Part shown: piece by piece, positions 1-13,602 of the stretch
How positions within the stretch are numbered: position 1 is the stretch's first letter
How the letters are laid out: every line of letters starts with the position of its first letter
Origin: Octopus vulgaris
Taxonomy: Eukaryota
DNA: 64,000 bases
Assembly: GCA_951406725.2 (NCBI GenBank)
Contig: OX597837.1
Location: 37,696,001 to 37,760,000 of the forward strand
Direction: 5' to 3'
Translations under genes and position numbers: made by a program
Notes under the pieces: generated by a model
Seen by the model: the letters and a program-made list of their open reading frames with translations, nothing else
Databases searched by the model: none
Told to the model about the DNA's origin: nothing

Positions 1-855
1 TCTGGCAATGTTTCTACGGCTGGATGCCCTTCCTAACGCCAACCACTCCATGAGTGCAGTGGTTGCTTTTTACGTGCCACCGGCACGAGGCCAGTCGGGG
101 CGGCACTGGCAACGGCCACGTTCGGATGGTTCGCTTACGTGCCACCGGCACTGGTATCTCAGCTGCAATTTCCATTGATCGATTTCGATTCTGATTCTGA
201 TTCTCACTTGCCTCAACAGGTCTTCACAAGTAGAGTAGAGTTTTGTGTCCCAAGAACGGAAGGTATGCATAAGTGGGCTGGCTACATCCCATCTAGAAGG
301 CCAATAATAATAATTTTGCTTTTGTATTTGATCTGCGAGATTCTTTATGTGAATTTGGGTGTTGAAGCATATTTTATTGTCTGGAGAGAGTCATTCTGTT
401 TTAATGCCTTATTATTAATTAACACATTCACCAGTTCGATATCCACTCATTTGCATATTCATATTTCCTAAAATCGCTTCATGCAACCTCTTCAATAGTC
501 TTTAATAATAATGCTTTTTGTTTATTTGCCACCAGGACAAAGAATGATGGGGACAATACAAAGACAGACATAAAGTGTTGGGGGTTTACATATAATGGAA
601 TGAAGAAAAAATGGAAGAGGCAAAGTATACACAGGGTACATTAACACATAAAGGGCGATGAGCCACAATTGTGGACATCAGGCACAGGTCAACAGGCCAT
701 GATCATGGCCCAGATAGGTGCATTTAATTTATAAGTGTTTGGTGAGGTCTAATGTCACTCAAACGCTCTGAGACCCCCCAGAATGCAAGAGGACTAATAG
801 CTCAACTAGTAACTTTTCAGATGATGTAAACCTTGTCACCATTATATACTAAAGT

Positions 856-1235
856 GGAGGCGCAATGGCCCAGTGGTTAGGGCAACAGACTTGCTGTTGT
901 AGGATCGCAGTTTCAATTCCCAGACCGGGCGTTGTGAGTGTTTATTGAGCGAAAACACCTAAAGCTCCACGAGGCTCCGGCAGGGGATGGTGGTGATCCC
1001 TGCTGTACTCTTTCACCACAACTTTCTCTCAATCTTTCTTCCTGTTTCTGTTGTATCTGTATTTCAAAGGGGCCAGCCTTGTCACACTCTGTGTCACACT
1101 GAATCTCCCCGAGAACTACATTAAGGGTACACGTGTCTGTGGAGTGCTCAGCCACTTGCACGTTAATTTCACGAGCAGGCTGTTCTGTTGATTGAGTCAA
1201 CTGGAACCCTCGTCGTCATAACCAACGGAGTTCCA
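856..1235 (+). mobile_element. tRNA-derived SINE (GGAGGCGCAATGGCCCAGTGG family)
   Basis: tRNA-like head with A and B boxes; reverse-strand copies at ~47350-47640 and ~48200-48470. Confidence 0.8.
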
Positions 1236-1642
1236 TGATATACTAAGATATTTTAACTATTTTTTTGTTTTTTTATATGTGTATGGTAGTCACATTTTCA
1301 TAAAAAGGGCTCACCAGTCCATGTAATGTAAGTGCAAACCCCAATGCATTATGGGTTAAAATAAGGGACACATACATCGTATATGACACTAAAAAAAATA
1401 AAATGTAATAGTGATGGGGGTCCTTTGGATAATCCTTTCTACTCTAGATGTGAAGTCGAAATCTTTGCGGGAGGGAGCCAAAATGGTTACATCAACCCCA
1501 GTGCATAACTGGTACTTATTCCATCAATCCTGAAAGAATGAAAAACAAAAAGGAATAATGACGACAACAACAACAACAACAACAATAATAATGATAATAT
1601 TTTTTGTTGTTATTAATATTGTCACATCATCCTCTTCCTAGC

Positions 1643-1666
1643 CATCATCATCATCATCATCATCAT

Positions 1667-1752
<86 letters not shown>

Positions 1753-1781
1753 CCACCACCATCATCATCATCATCATCACC

Positions 1782-1812
<31 letters not shown>

Positions 1813-1874
1813 CCACCACCATCATCATCATCATCATCATCACCACCACCACCACCACCACCACCACCACCACC

Positions 1875-1908
<34 letters not shown>

Positions 1909-1925
1909 CCATCATCATCATCGTC
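1643..1925. repeat. (CAT/CAC)n trinucleotide microsatellite
   Basis: Pure CAT/CAC runs; source of the poly-His, poly-Asp and poly-Gly pseudo-ORFs. Confidence 0.95.
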
Positions 1926-2116
1926 ATCGTTGTTGTCATCATCACCTTCATCATCCTGTTGCTCTATTCCTCCCCTCTTCCTCCTCATCCTCATCTTTAT
2001 TATTATCATTATTGTTGTTGTTGTTGTCATTATTGATAAATTTACTAATTAGCTACTTTCGGTCGGGTGAAAGTAAGGCATTCAACATCTGAAAGTATGT
2101 GATAGCTATTCTTTTA

Positions 2117-2118
<2 letters not shown>

Positions 2119-2195
<77 letters not shown>

Positions 2196-2560
2196 ATATG
2201 TCAGTGTGTGTGTGTATGTGCGCCTATGTGTGTATGTGCCTGTGTGTGTGTGCCTATTTATGTGTGTGTGTGCCTATGTCTGTGTATGTGCATGTGCGCC
2301 TATGTGTGTACGTGTGTGTGTGTGTGCATGAATGTGTGTGTGTGTGTGCCTATGTATGCATGTATGTATGTATTATGTATGTATGTATGTATGTGTGTGT
2401 GCATGAATGTGTATGTGTGTGTGCCTATGTATGCATGTATGTATGTATTATGTATGTATGTATGTGTGTGTGTGTGCATGAATGTGTGTGTGTGTGCCTT
2501 TGTGTGTATGTGTTTGTTTATGTCTATGTGTGTGTGTCTATGCATGTCTGTGTGTGCGAG
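2119..2560. repeat. (GT)n and derived low-complexity tract
   Basis: Direct inspection. Confidence 0.95.
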
Positions 2561-3086
2561 TGAAATTGCTGCATTTAACCCTCCCAACCCCATCCCACCC
2601 CAAACAGCATCATCATCATCATCATCATAATCATCATCAGCAGCAGCAGCACCAGCGTCATCAGCAGCAGCTGTCAAAGTAGGGTTCCTCTCCCACTTGA
2701 AACAGCATCAACAGGTTTACCATTCTCTACACAGATATTCAGGGATAACGTTGGTGCCTCTCCTTTTTGTGTGTGTGTGTGTGTGTGTACGTGTACGTTC
2801 CCAGGAGCTGAGGTAAGACAAACTATTTTCTTTTCCTCTTTTTCTTTTCCTTTTCGTTATAGATACCATCATCATCATTGTCATCACCATCATCATCATC
2901 ATCACCATCACCATCATCATGATCATCATGATCACTTTACCCGAGGTGCTATGTAGTGGGACTGAACCCACATCCACATGGGTCACAACCACATAACCAC
3001 ACTTTGTGTGTGTGTGCGTGTGTGTGTGTATGTGTGTGTGTTTGTGTGTGTGTGTCTATGTATACATGTATGTTTAAATATATGTA

Positions 3087-3145
<59 letters not shown>

Positions 3146-3175
3146 GTATATGTATATATATGCGTGTGTGTATGT

Positions 3176-3780
<605 letters not shown>

Positions 3781-4026
3781 GAAAGGTGGATAGATATTTG
3801 GCTGGTACATTATACTGTTACTTAGAGGATTGCTGTTGCCTGATTAGTCAAGTGCAAACTGCTGTTCCGTGTGAGTTATGACGTAAATCTACAACCAGAT
3901 TAGTTAAAATTTAACAAACTCCCATTAAAATCTCTGCAGTTGTAATTATGCAAAGTTACCTCCCCTGAAACAACTCTCTCACCAAGTTTTGAGTAATTTC
4001 AGCTAGAGAATTCTAGGTCAGGTATG

Positions 4027-4437
4027 GGATCTTTTCGGTTTGAACGGCAGTTTTTTCTAGTGGTGTCATATGAAATTGTCACCCATAATTATGACCCTAG
4101 TATCGATCTATCGCATTTCAATCTGTTTTAGGGTTAGGGGTGGGGGGAAGGGTATCTTTTTTTCTTCAGAAATGTAAATAAACCCAATCTGTTTCTTAAA
4201 CGAGGGACATATTCATACGGCACAGAATGTTTTTCACCTCAATAGACGTCATTGATTGGTTGAAATAGCAGAAATTGAAGAAAAAACCAGCGAACATCTT
4301 ACAAACTATAGAATTTTCTCAATAAAGCCAAGAGAAAAAGATGTTTTATAAACACATTCCACCAGTATACGAAGTTTAAAAGTGTTTTGTTACGTGGAAA
4401 TTATTTTTAAAAACTGCCGTTCAAACCGAAAAGATCT
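4027..4437. mobile_element. MITE with TIR GGATCTTTTCGGTTTGAACGGCAG
   Basis: Terminal inverted repeats and internal TTAGGG units; sister copies at 31136-31522, 39610-40034 and 48670-49012. Confidence 0.85.
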
Positions 4438-5749
4438 GGTATGTACGATGATGGGTGCAGAATACACACACACACACACACACATATGGCATTCCGTTGC
4501 TTATGACGACAAGGTTCCAGTTAAAATAGAAATAATAGTGATGGAATTATTGTGTATAGTGCTCAGGTGAACGACAATCAATAGAACAGCCTGTTCGTGA
4601 AATTAACATGCAAGGGGCAGACACGTGTACCCTTAACGTAGTTCTCAGGGAGATTCAGCATGACACAGAGTGTGACAAGGCTGGCCCTTTCAAATACAAG
4701 TACAACTCATTTTTGCCAGTTGAGCATGTCCCTTGGTGGCTGACAATATGTGCATCTCTAATCACAAGCAGAAATAGTTGGAGAGCATCATAGCCATGTG
4801 TTGAGAGGAATTCTTTGGAGCTTGAATAATTCACCTCAGGAAATATGGGTGTTTCGTTCAACATCCCTAGGTAATCCTTATTCAGTGACCTTTTGAGCGG
4901 AATGGGCTACTCAACCTGAAGAAAATTCTAACTGGGCCCCACCTGCAAGGTGATGTGCTGTTTATCTTGATATGAGATCACTATGTCGCGCACATATGGT
5001 TGTGATGCATGTGCCTGGTATACCCTTATCAGACGGGTAGTCATGATGTGTATACTGGGTTTTGCATATTTTACCCCAGTGTCACTTTGATGGCAAACAC
5101 TGCTCTCTCTCAACAATATACTATAAAACTTAAACTAAAAGGAAAAATCTTCTCAGTAATAAACCACAAGCTTGCAATCATTGAACATGGTAGAAATAAC
5201 CAATAGGACTGAGGAATGTTATTTCAAACACAAAAGTTGTAAACTCTATGACTACAACTGTTGTAATGGTCAAACATTTATCACACTTTCTCACTGTCTC
5301 ACTCTCTCTCTCACCATGCAGTTACAAGAAACAATTATAACCATTACATTGGTGGTTCTCTAAATGTTTGAGGGTGAAGATCCATTTGTTTGATCAGTTG
5401 TGTGATATAGCTTGTTTAATGTTCTTATTTAGTATCCTATTTATAGGACAGTGGGATTTAATGGGTTAAGGGAGGTGGGAGTGTATGGAATGGGTAAGTG
5501 TAAAACGGTAGTGCTGGGTTACCAGAGCAAAACCATCAAGGAACAAGGGAGAGTTTTGCTCTGGTAACTCATTGCTACCACCTTAGCTCTGTGTATGTGG
5601 CTGTGTGTGTGTGTGTTTGTGTGAATGCATTTTTATTTATGGAATTTTTTTTCATTTTTGTCTTTCTTTTTCTCCAGATCTTAACCAGGACACAGTAGAG
5701 AGAGAGAGAGAGATAAAACCTCTTGAAGAATCACCCCAATCTGGAACTT

Positions 5750-6352
5750 ACTTATTTCTTTATTGCCCACAAAGGGCTAAACATAGAGGGGACAAACAAG
5801 GACAGACAAAAGGATTAAGTCGATTATATCGACCCCAGTGCGTAACTGGTACTTATTTAATCGACCCCGAAAGGATGAAAAGCAAAGTCGACCTCGGCGG
5901 AATTTGAACTCAGAACGTAACGACAGACGAAATACTTATTTCTTTACTACCCACCAGGGGCTAAACACAGAGAGGACAAACAAGGACAGACAAACGAATT
6001 AAGTCGATTACATCGACACCAGTGCGTAACTGGTACTTATTTAATCGACCCCGAAAGGATGAAATGTAAAGTCGACCTCGGCGGAATTTGAACTCAGAAC
6101 GTAGCGGCAGACGAAATACCTATTTCTTTACTACCCACCAGGGGCTAAACACAGAGGGGACAAACAAGGACAGACAAACGGATTAAGTCAATTATATCGA
6201 CCCCAGTGCATAACTGGTACTTATTTAATCGACCCCGAAAGGATGAAAGGCAAAGTCGACCTCGGCGGAATTTGAACTCAGAACGTAACGGCAGACGAAA
6301 TACCGCTAAGCATTTCGCCCAGCGTGCTAACATTTCTGCCAGCTCACCGCCT
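5750..6352 (-). mobile_element. Tandem trimer of tRNA-derived SINE (GGCGGTGAGCTGGCAG family)
   Basis: Three ~185-bp near-identical units. Many other copies, e.g. 14993-15226, 22330-22710, 32055-32620, 44840-45073. Confidence 0.85.
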
Positions 6353-6399
6353 TATCTGCAGAAAGTTCCCAATCTGGAACTTTCAACTTTCTGCAGCTG

Positions 6400-7370
6400 C
6401 TAAATACTTTGACTAAACTGAACACATTTAGTGTGTAGGAGCTGAACCTCTGCTAAACATGTTGGCGTAATGGAGTCGATGCATATTTGTTTGATGGAGT
6501 TGAATGTTTTAATGTGATGAAAACTAAACACTTTTACTTGCTTCAACTAAAAACACTGTAGTCTGATGGGCAGATTAAACACATAACGTGCAGCAGAGAG
6601 AAACACTGATCATGTAAACAGCTATGTTGTATTGGGATTAAACACTTGTAAGTTTGTTGTATGCGTTTAAAATTTCACCTGATTTCATCTGATGGAGAAA
6701 TTAGATCTTTTAGCTAAACATCAGAGCTAAACACTTCATTCTGATGGGCAGTTTAAGAAATTTGGCTTACCAGAGCTAAATGCTGGTTTGATACGTAACT
6801 TACACACTATTTTTTTAATAACGAGCTAAAATTATCATCCTGATGGACAAGTTAAACACTTCGAATTTTCAAGAGCTAAACACTTCAATTTGATGATCAA
6901 ATGAACCATTTCAGTATTTTTTTGTGAGTTAAACACCTCAATCTGATGGACACATTAATTTTTTTCAAGAGCTAAACACCACCTTCTGATTGACAAGGTA
7001 AATACTTTTTCAATTACTGAACACCTTGATCTGATGAAGGAGTTAAACACCTGTGCTTTTCAAGAGCTAAACACCATGACAAATTAGATAAATTTCCAAG
7101 AACTCCGTACCTCAATGTGATGAACAAGTTAAACAGTTATTTTTTCAAGAACTAAACATCTTGATATGGTATACAAGTTAAACACTAGTTCCCTTTAAGA
7201 GATAAACACAAAAGGCTGAAGGGCAAGCTAAACACATCGACTTACCAGAGCTAAACACTTCAACCTGAAGGAGAAATTAAACACTTTGATTTAACGAACA
7301 AAACTGACAATTTGGTTTCCAAGAGTTGAGTTAAACTCTTTGACAATGATGGAAGAACTAAACATGTTTA
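6400..7370. repeat. Degenerate ~49-bp dimeric tandem array (GAGCTAAACAC / CTGATGGACAAGTTAAACAC)
   Basis: A (C/T)TAAACA(C) core recurs about every 24-25 nt; no open frame. Confidence 0.75.
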
Positions 7371-7915
7371 TGAATGGACCTGATGATCAATGCATTGTCA
7401 GGGTGGAAGGGAAAGAAATTAAAGCTGAACCAAAGAAGCCAATCGATCTCAGATTGGTTTTATAATGAAATGTTGCCATTGTGACTTTATAACCGACAAC
7501 AAGAAGTTGATAGTATTTGGACAGAAGTAATAGGGAGATTCTTCCCATCTTTATATCTCTGCAATTATATATCCACCTACTTAACCTGCTTATCTACCCA
7601 CCCATCTATCTATCTGTCTGTCTACCTGTCTGTTTATCTATTTATCTTTCTATCAATCCGTCTATCTCTATCTATTTATCTATCAATTTGTTTCTCTATC
7701 TATCCATCTCTCTATCTATCTATCTATTATCTATCTATCTCTTTATATATCTCTCTCTCTCTATCTATCTAATCTATCTCTTTCTCTCTCTATCTATCTA
7801 TTTATATATCTATCTCTTTATCTCTCTCTCTCTCTCTCTCTATCTAATCTATCTCTTTATCTCTCTCTCTCTATATCTATCTATCTTTATCTCTCTCTCT
7901 CTCTATCTAATCTAT

Positions 7916-7948
<33 letters not shown>

Positions 7949-8158
7949 ATCTGTCTATCTATCTATCTATCTTTCTAGCAATCTACTTATTATTTATCTA
8001 TCTATCTATCTAACTGTCTGTCTGTCTGTCTGTCTGTCTTCACCACTTTTATCATCATCATCATCTTCATCACCATCATCATCCCAGAATTCTAAGGTTA
8101 GTCTCTCACTTCCTACCGTCATCGTCTTCTGCCGAGAGGAACTTCTAACTAAAACAAA

Positions 8159-9148
8159 ATGGATGTCGACCAAGAAAAAGCAGAACTCAACAGCAGCGTT
8201 GCAATGAAGATGAACGGAACCCTTGACTCATTGGTCATTGTTTCGGCTTTACTCTCCCTCCTGACCGTTTTGATAAACCTTTTGGTCGGAATCTTGTTGT
8301 TTTGGAGCCGGGCTAATTACACAATATCTTTCCTTCTCTCAATCGGGAACTTTACCATCGCTAACTTTTTTTATGGATGCATCGGACTTCCAATCCAAGC
8401 TCAGCTGCTCTCTACAGGAAACCGATGGAACTATAGTTATTCATCCTGTCTGATTATCATGACTCTGACCGATATATTTGAAGATGTCTCAACGCTTAGT
8501 TTAATCCTTGTTAATCTCGACCAAACTGTATCATTGGCGAAACCAAACTGGTACAAAACTTCAAAGTTTAAAAAATTAATGTTGGTGTCCAGTGCAGTTT
8601 CATGGGCATTTCCGACAGCGGTTGAGTTATATCTCCACGTTAATGACTGGTATCGTATGGGTCATGTCTTCATTCATCTCTCCGATATCTGTGTCAGCAT
8701 CGTCAGTAAGTACCTCAAGATATACGGCTTTGCTTTTACGACATGTTTGTCCTTCCCTATTATGATATTCTTCATTTACTTGCAGTACATAAAACTCAGC
8801 AAAATCCACATCATGTCTCTCTACGGGTTCGATAAACTAATGGATATGATAACATTCATTCTTATGATTGATATCACGGTGATAATAACTAGATTTTTCA
8901 GTGGAACTTTAGTCGTTGCATGTCTTATTTTCGGCGCCAGCAATAAATTCCTTTCCGAGAATGCTTTTCCTACTTCTCTATACATATTTGCACTTTGGTC
9001 AAAAAGGACTTCTTTCGGAGCCCCAATGTTACTGCTGCTGTTAAGCAAGACAATCAGAAACAGCGTTAAACAATTGATCCATGGAGACAGAACCTACATC
9101 GTCCCATCAAACAGTGACAGTCAAATGGATGATATTAACATGGACTAA
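8159..9148 (+). CDS. Intronless divergent class A (rhodopsin-like) GPCR, 329 aa
   Basis: Uninterrupted non-repetitive ORF with seven hydrophobic segments. N-terminal NGT sequon; TM1 Asn (LINLL); ECL1 W..S..SC; TM3 C3.25...S3.39...L3.43...D3.49-Q3.50 (DRY replaced by DQT) followed by SLAKP; TM4 Trp (VSWAFP); ECL2 Cys; TM5 P...Y; helix-8-like SKTIRNSV. Confidence 0.85.
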   Translation: MDVDQEKAELNSSVAMKMNGTLDSLVIVSALLSLLTVLINLLVGILLFWSRANYTISFLLSIGNFTIANFFYGCIGLPIQAQLLSTGNRWNYSYSSCLIIMTLTDIFEDVSTLSLILVNLDQTVSLAKPNWYKTSKFKKLMLVSSAVSWAFPTAVELYLHVNDWYRMGHVFIHLSDICVSIVSKYLKIYGFAFTTCLSFPIMIFFIYLQYIKLSKIHIMSLYGFDKLMDMITFILMIDITVIITRFFSGTLVVACLIFGASNKFLSENAFPTSLYIFALWSKRTSFGAPMLLLLLSKTIRNSVKQLIHGDRTYIVPSNSDSQMDDINMD

Positions 9149-9173
9149 ATAAAAATACAAATTAATAAATTAA

Positions 9174-9570
9174 TCTATATACATAAAGCTGAAGTTGTCT
9201 GTGTGTGTGTGTGTGTGGCAGGTTTGGTAGCCTTCAACTAACACTATCTCCTCCGAGACCCTGTGGTGCAAACTGAGAGTATGATAGAAGAAGGCTTGCT
9301 CTTCATTCTGTAGAAGAAAATATTCAAATCGGACCATGTTAACACCAAAAATTATTTACATTAAAAAAGTGCTTTTTTTCTATGAAAATTCCTATTTTTT
9401 ACGATTTTTTTTACTACTGTGTCGCCATTTTTCGGTGTATTTCAACCAGAAAAATGTTCATTTAAAGAGAATAACAAGCTACAAAATGCAAAAGTTTTAC
9501 TTTTCAAAAATTCCAATTCTAAAGGGTCGAAAACAAAACAAACCCGAGCAACGCTGGGCTATACTGCTAG
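9174..9570 (+). mobile_element. Non-autonomous Helitron
   Basis: 5' TC, 3' hairpin CCCGAGCAACGCTGGG, CTAG end, inserted between A and T. Confidence 0.8.
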
Positions 9571-10348
9571 TACGTTAATAAACGAATAACCAAATTAATG
9601 ATTGTTTATTATTACTATTATAAGCTATCAATGTTTTCTACTTGTTTTTGCATAAGTCTAAGCCCTTTGGCAACTGGAAATAAGATTAGACAATTGTGGA
9701 GCTAATGACAGTTATTGAGGCAGGAACATGCATCTACAACTGTCTTCTTATCTCCACACAACAAGCTTGTTCTTTTCCTCAATGGCAAGTCAGCTTTAGA
9801 GAATCCTTGATTCCAGAGATTATCTCCCCTTCTCAAATGGAGCTGGTCTTGATTAATTATGGCATTTGTTAATTACGATACATCTTCTAGGTGGGGAGAT
9901 CGTTTTAATAAAGCAAGCATTTATGTTGTATGGTGTTTGATACACCTGTATTTGTCCATCTTGTTGAAATACAATGCCACCGGTCACTCTTAGATATTAC
10001 TCTTGGCTCACTATTTTTTTTTTATTTTGTTTTTATTTGTTTCAGTGATTTGACTGCGGCCGTGCTGGAGCACCACCTTGAAGGATTTTACTCAAACAAT
10101 GCGACCCCAGGACTTATTCTATTTGTCTATCTTTTGCCTAGCTACTAGGTTACAGGGATGTAAACACACCAATACCGGTTGTCAAGCAGTGGCAGGGACA
10201 ATCACAGACACACACACTTATTACAATGGGCTTCTTTCAGCCCAAGGCTATAGTAGAAGAAACTTGTCTAAGGTGCCATTCAGTGGGACTGAACCTGGAA
10301 CCATGTGGTTGGGAAGCAAGCTTCTTACCACACAGCCACTCCTGTGCT

Positions 10349-10412
<64 letters not shown>

Positions 10413-11227
10413 AACCTGCTGTTGTGGTAAGAAGATTTGCTTCCCAATCACATGGTTCCGGGTTCAGTCCCACAGCATGGCAACTTGGGCAAGCATGTTT
10501 TCTTTGTAAGTGGATTTGGTAGAGAGAAACTGAAAGAAGCCCATTGCATATATATATATATATATAACTCTATCATATATATATACATGTATATGTATGT
10601 ATATATATATAACTGTATCATATATATATATACATGTACATATATACACACACATACATATATGTATGTATATATATATGTGTGTGTGCACGTGCACATA
10701 TGTGTCTGTGTCCTCCACCATTGCTTGACAAACGAAGTTGGTTTTTTTACATCCCTGTAACTTAGCGGTTCGGCAAAAAGTGAGCAATAAAATAAGTACC
10801 AAACTTTAAAAAAACAGAAGAGCAAGTACTCAAGTTGATTTGTTCGGCTAAAAACTCTTCAAGGTGATGCTCCAGCATGGCCGCAATCTAACAACCGACA
10901 CAGGTAGAAGATAAAAGATAATATAATGGAAGTCTGTCGGGGTTCGAAAAATGATGTCAGTGACACCAGAGGTGGGAGCGGAGCCCAAAGATGGACACGC
11001 AGACGCGGCCACATGTTGGGCACGTAACAGCAGAAGTAGGGTTGGGGATCCTCTATTTTCGGGGGTTTGTCACTTCTGGTCCAGGCTCTTGAGGTGCTTT
11101 TCCTTGAACAGCTGGACACCAGGTGCCACGGTCAGAGGCAAGTGATTCCCAGCCATGGGCTGAAATGCCGCGGGCCTCAAGGGAAGACACAGGTAGAAGA
11201 TAAAAGATGCAAATATATAAATATATA

Positions 11228-11645
11228 GGCGCAGGAGTGGCTGTGTGGTAAGTAGCTTGCTAACCAACCACATGGTTCCGGGTTCAGTCCCACTGTGTGG
11301 CATCTTGGGCAGGTGTCTTCTGCTATAGCCTCGGGCCGACCAATGCCATGTGAGTGGATTTGGTAAACAGAAACTGAAAGAAGCCTGTCGTATATATGTA
11401 TATATACATATGTATGTGTGTGTGTGTGTATGTGTTTGTGTGTCTGTGTTTGTCTCCCTAGCATTGCTTGACAACCGATGCTGGTGTGTTTACGTCCCCG
11501 TCACTTAGCGGTTCGGAAAAAGAGACTGATAGAATAAGTACTGGGCTTACAAAAAAGAATAAGTCCCGGGGTCGATTTGCTCGACTGAAGGCGGTGCTCC
11601 AGCATGACCGCAGTCAAATGACTGAAACAAGTAAAAGAGTAAAAG
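11228..11645 (+). mobile_element. Full-length tRNA-derived SINE (GGCGCAGGAGTGGCTGTGTGG family)
   Basis: tRNA head, CORE-like CTTGGGCA box, internal (TG)n, GAGTAAAA tail. Many other copies, e.g. ~10040-10345, 19108-19505, 19611-20003, 35325-35690, 45730-46360. Confidence 0.88.
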
Positions 11646-13272
11646 AGAGAGAGTATACACAAACACAATGTTATAAATATATCCAGGTAAAAAACAAAAA
11701 AAACAAAACAGAAGAAAAAACATAACAACAACAAATTTCACACTTTTTATAAAATTTATTCAACTTCACAATAGGTAAATCAAATCGATTCATTAACTTA
11801 ACGAAGGTAATTTAAATAGTTTCCTTTCATTTTAGTCTTTTTTAAGACCAATTTTATAATAAATAATAAAAAAATTTTTTTGCCTTATTTATTTTCCTTA
11901 CTTATTTACATGAAGCACTTTCCACATGGATCTGGAAATTATTATTATTATTATCATCATCATCATCATCTTGTTAGTAAGTTGCCAGAATCATTAGAGC
12001 ATCCGACAGAATGCCTTGCTCTGTTTCTTTCCACTCTTCATGTCCTGGGTTCAAATCTCACTGAGGTGAACTCATCCATCCATTTTTTTCAGTGGTTGAT
12101 CATATAAAGCACGAGTCAAGCACTGCCAACGCCACCCCACCCCTGCCGCATAAAAAAGCTGGACCTTGGACATTTAAAAAATTATTCTGATTTGAAGGAA
12201 TGGAAGATGGTATAACATTCTTTCATATATATATATATGTGTGTGTGCACATACTTATATATATCTATAAATTTATATATATACACACACACATAAATAC
12301 ATATATAAACATACATATGCATATATTCATACACACACACACACATATATATACACACACATATACATACATATACATATGTATACATACATATATATAC
12401 ATACATATACATACACACATAAGTGTATATATATATATATATATACATACATATACACATACATACATATATATACATATACATACATATACATACATAT
12501 ACATACAAACATACATATACATACAAACATACATATACATACAAACATACATATACATACATATATATACATACACACACATACATACATATATATACAC
12601 ACACACACATATATATATACATATATATATACACATACATACATATATGTATATTTATTATACACACACACACAGAGAAATACTTCTATTTTTTATCTTT
12701 CTTAAGCCCTGAAATTCCTAAGGTCGTTTACTCAGTTTTCGTGGCAGACAAGTAATTGAGACCCCAGCAATCTCCCTAAATGGGACACCGGTTCACTGTA
12801 GGGTCCAAGGCGAGCAATTTCGAGGGGAAAGGGACAAGTCAATTACATCAACCGCAGTACTTGGCCGGTACTTTATTTAATCGGCCCCTGAAAGGAGGAT
12901 TTGAACTCAGAACGCAACAGGATTTGAACTCGGAACGCAAGAAGCTGAAACAAACGTGGCTCAGCATCTTTGCCCAAGGTGCTAATGATTCTGCCAGCTC
13001 ACCGCCTCGCATATAAATAAATACATTCACACACACATATATCTATCCATACACATATAAACACATACACTATACACACACACACACACATATATATATA
13101 CATAGATATATACATACATTTACGTACATGCATATATTTATAGCTAGATATAGATACAGCTATCTACGTATATATGCACACACACACACATAAATACACA
13201 CACATTCATTTACATACATAATACATACATACATATATACATACATACATACATATATATATATACTGTGTA

Positions 13273-13322
<50 letters not shown>

Positions 13323-13346
13323 ATTTAAAGCAGCAGAAAATTCAAC

Positions 13347-13394
13347 AAAATCTGTTACTCTGAGTTTCTCATTGCCGTTCATCAGACAGTTTTT
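13347..13394 (-). ncRNA. Minimal hammerhead motif, mirror copy in the perfect palindrome
   Basis: Exact reverse complement of 13411..13458. Confidence 0.68.
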
Positions 13395-13410
13395 GCTAGA
13401 CAGTTCTAGC

Positions 13411-13458
13411 AAAAACTGTCTGATGAACGGCAATGAGAAACTCAGAGTAACAGATTTT
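13411..13458 (+). ncRNA. Minimal type I hammerhead ribozyme motif
   Basis: AAAAACUGU-CUGAUGA-ACG[GCAA]UGA-GAA-ACUC[A]GAGU-A^ACAGAUUUU. Stem I CUGU/ACAG, GNRA-capped stem II (first pair A/A mismatch), GUA triplet with predicted cut after 13449. Confidence 0.7.
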
Positions 13459-13556
13459 GTTGAATTTTCTGCTGCTTTAAATAAAGCATATTACTCTACC
13501 ACTGGTATTTGAGTACTCTTTTTTTCCACCTTGTTTCACATTTATGTGTTTACTCC

Positions 13557-13602
<46 letters not shown>

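Noticed and set aside
1604-2092. Poly-His ORF and its Asp/Gly-rich antisense ORFs
   Set aside because: Pure (CAT/CAC)n microsatellite, open in several frames, with no supporting gene structure.
6400-7370. Array read as a CRISPR array, an LRR-coding exon, or a hammerhead satellite (CTGATG...AAAC)
   Set aside because: Eukaryotic context with related rather than unique spacers; unit length breaks the frame with frequent stops; lacks GAAA and pairing stems.
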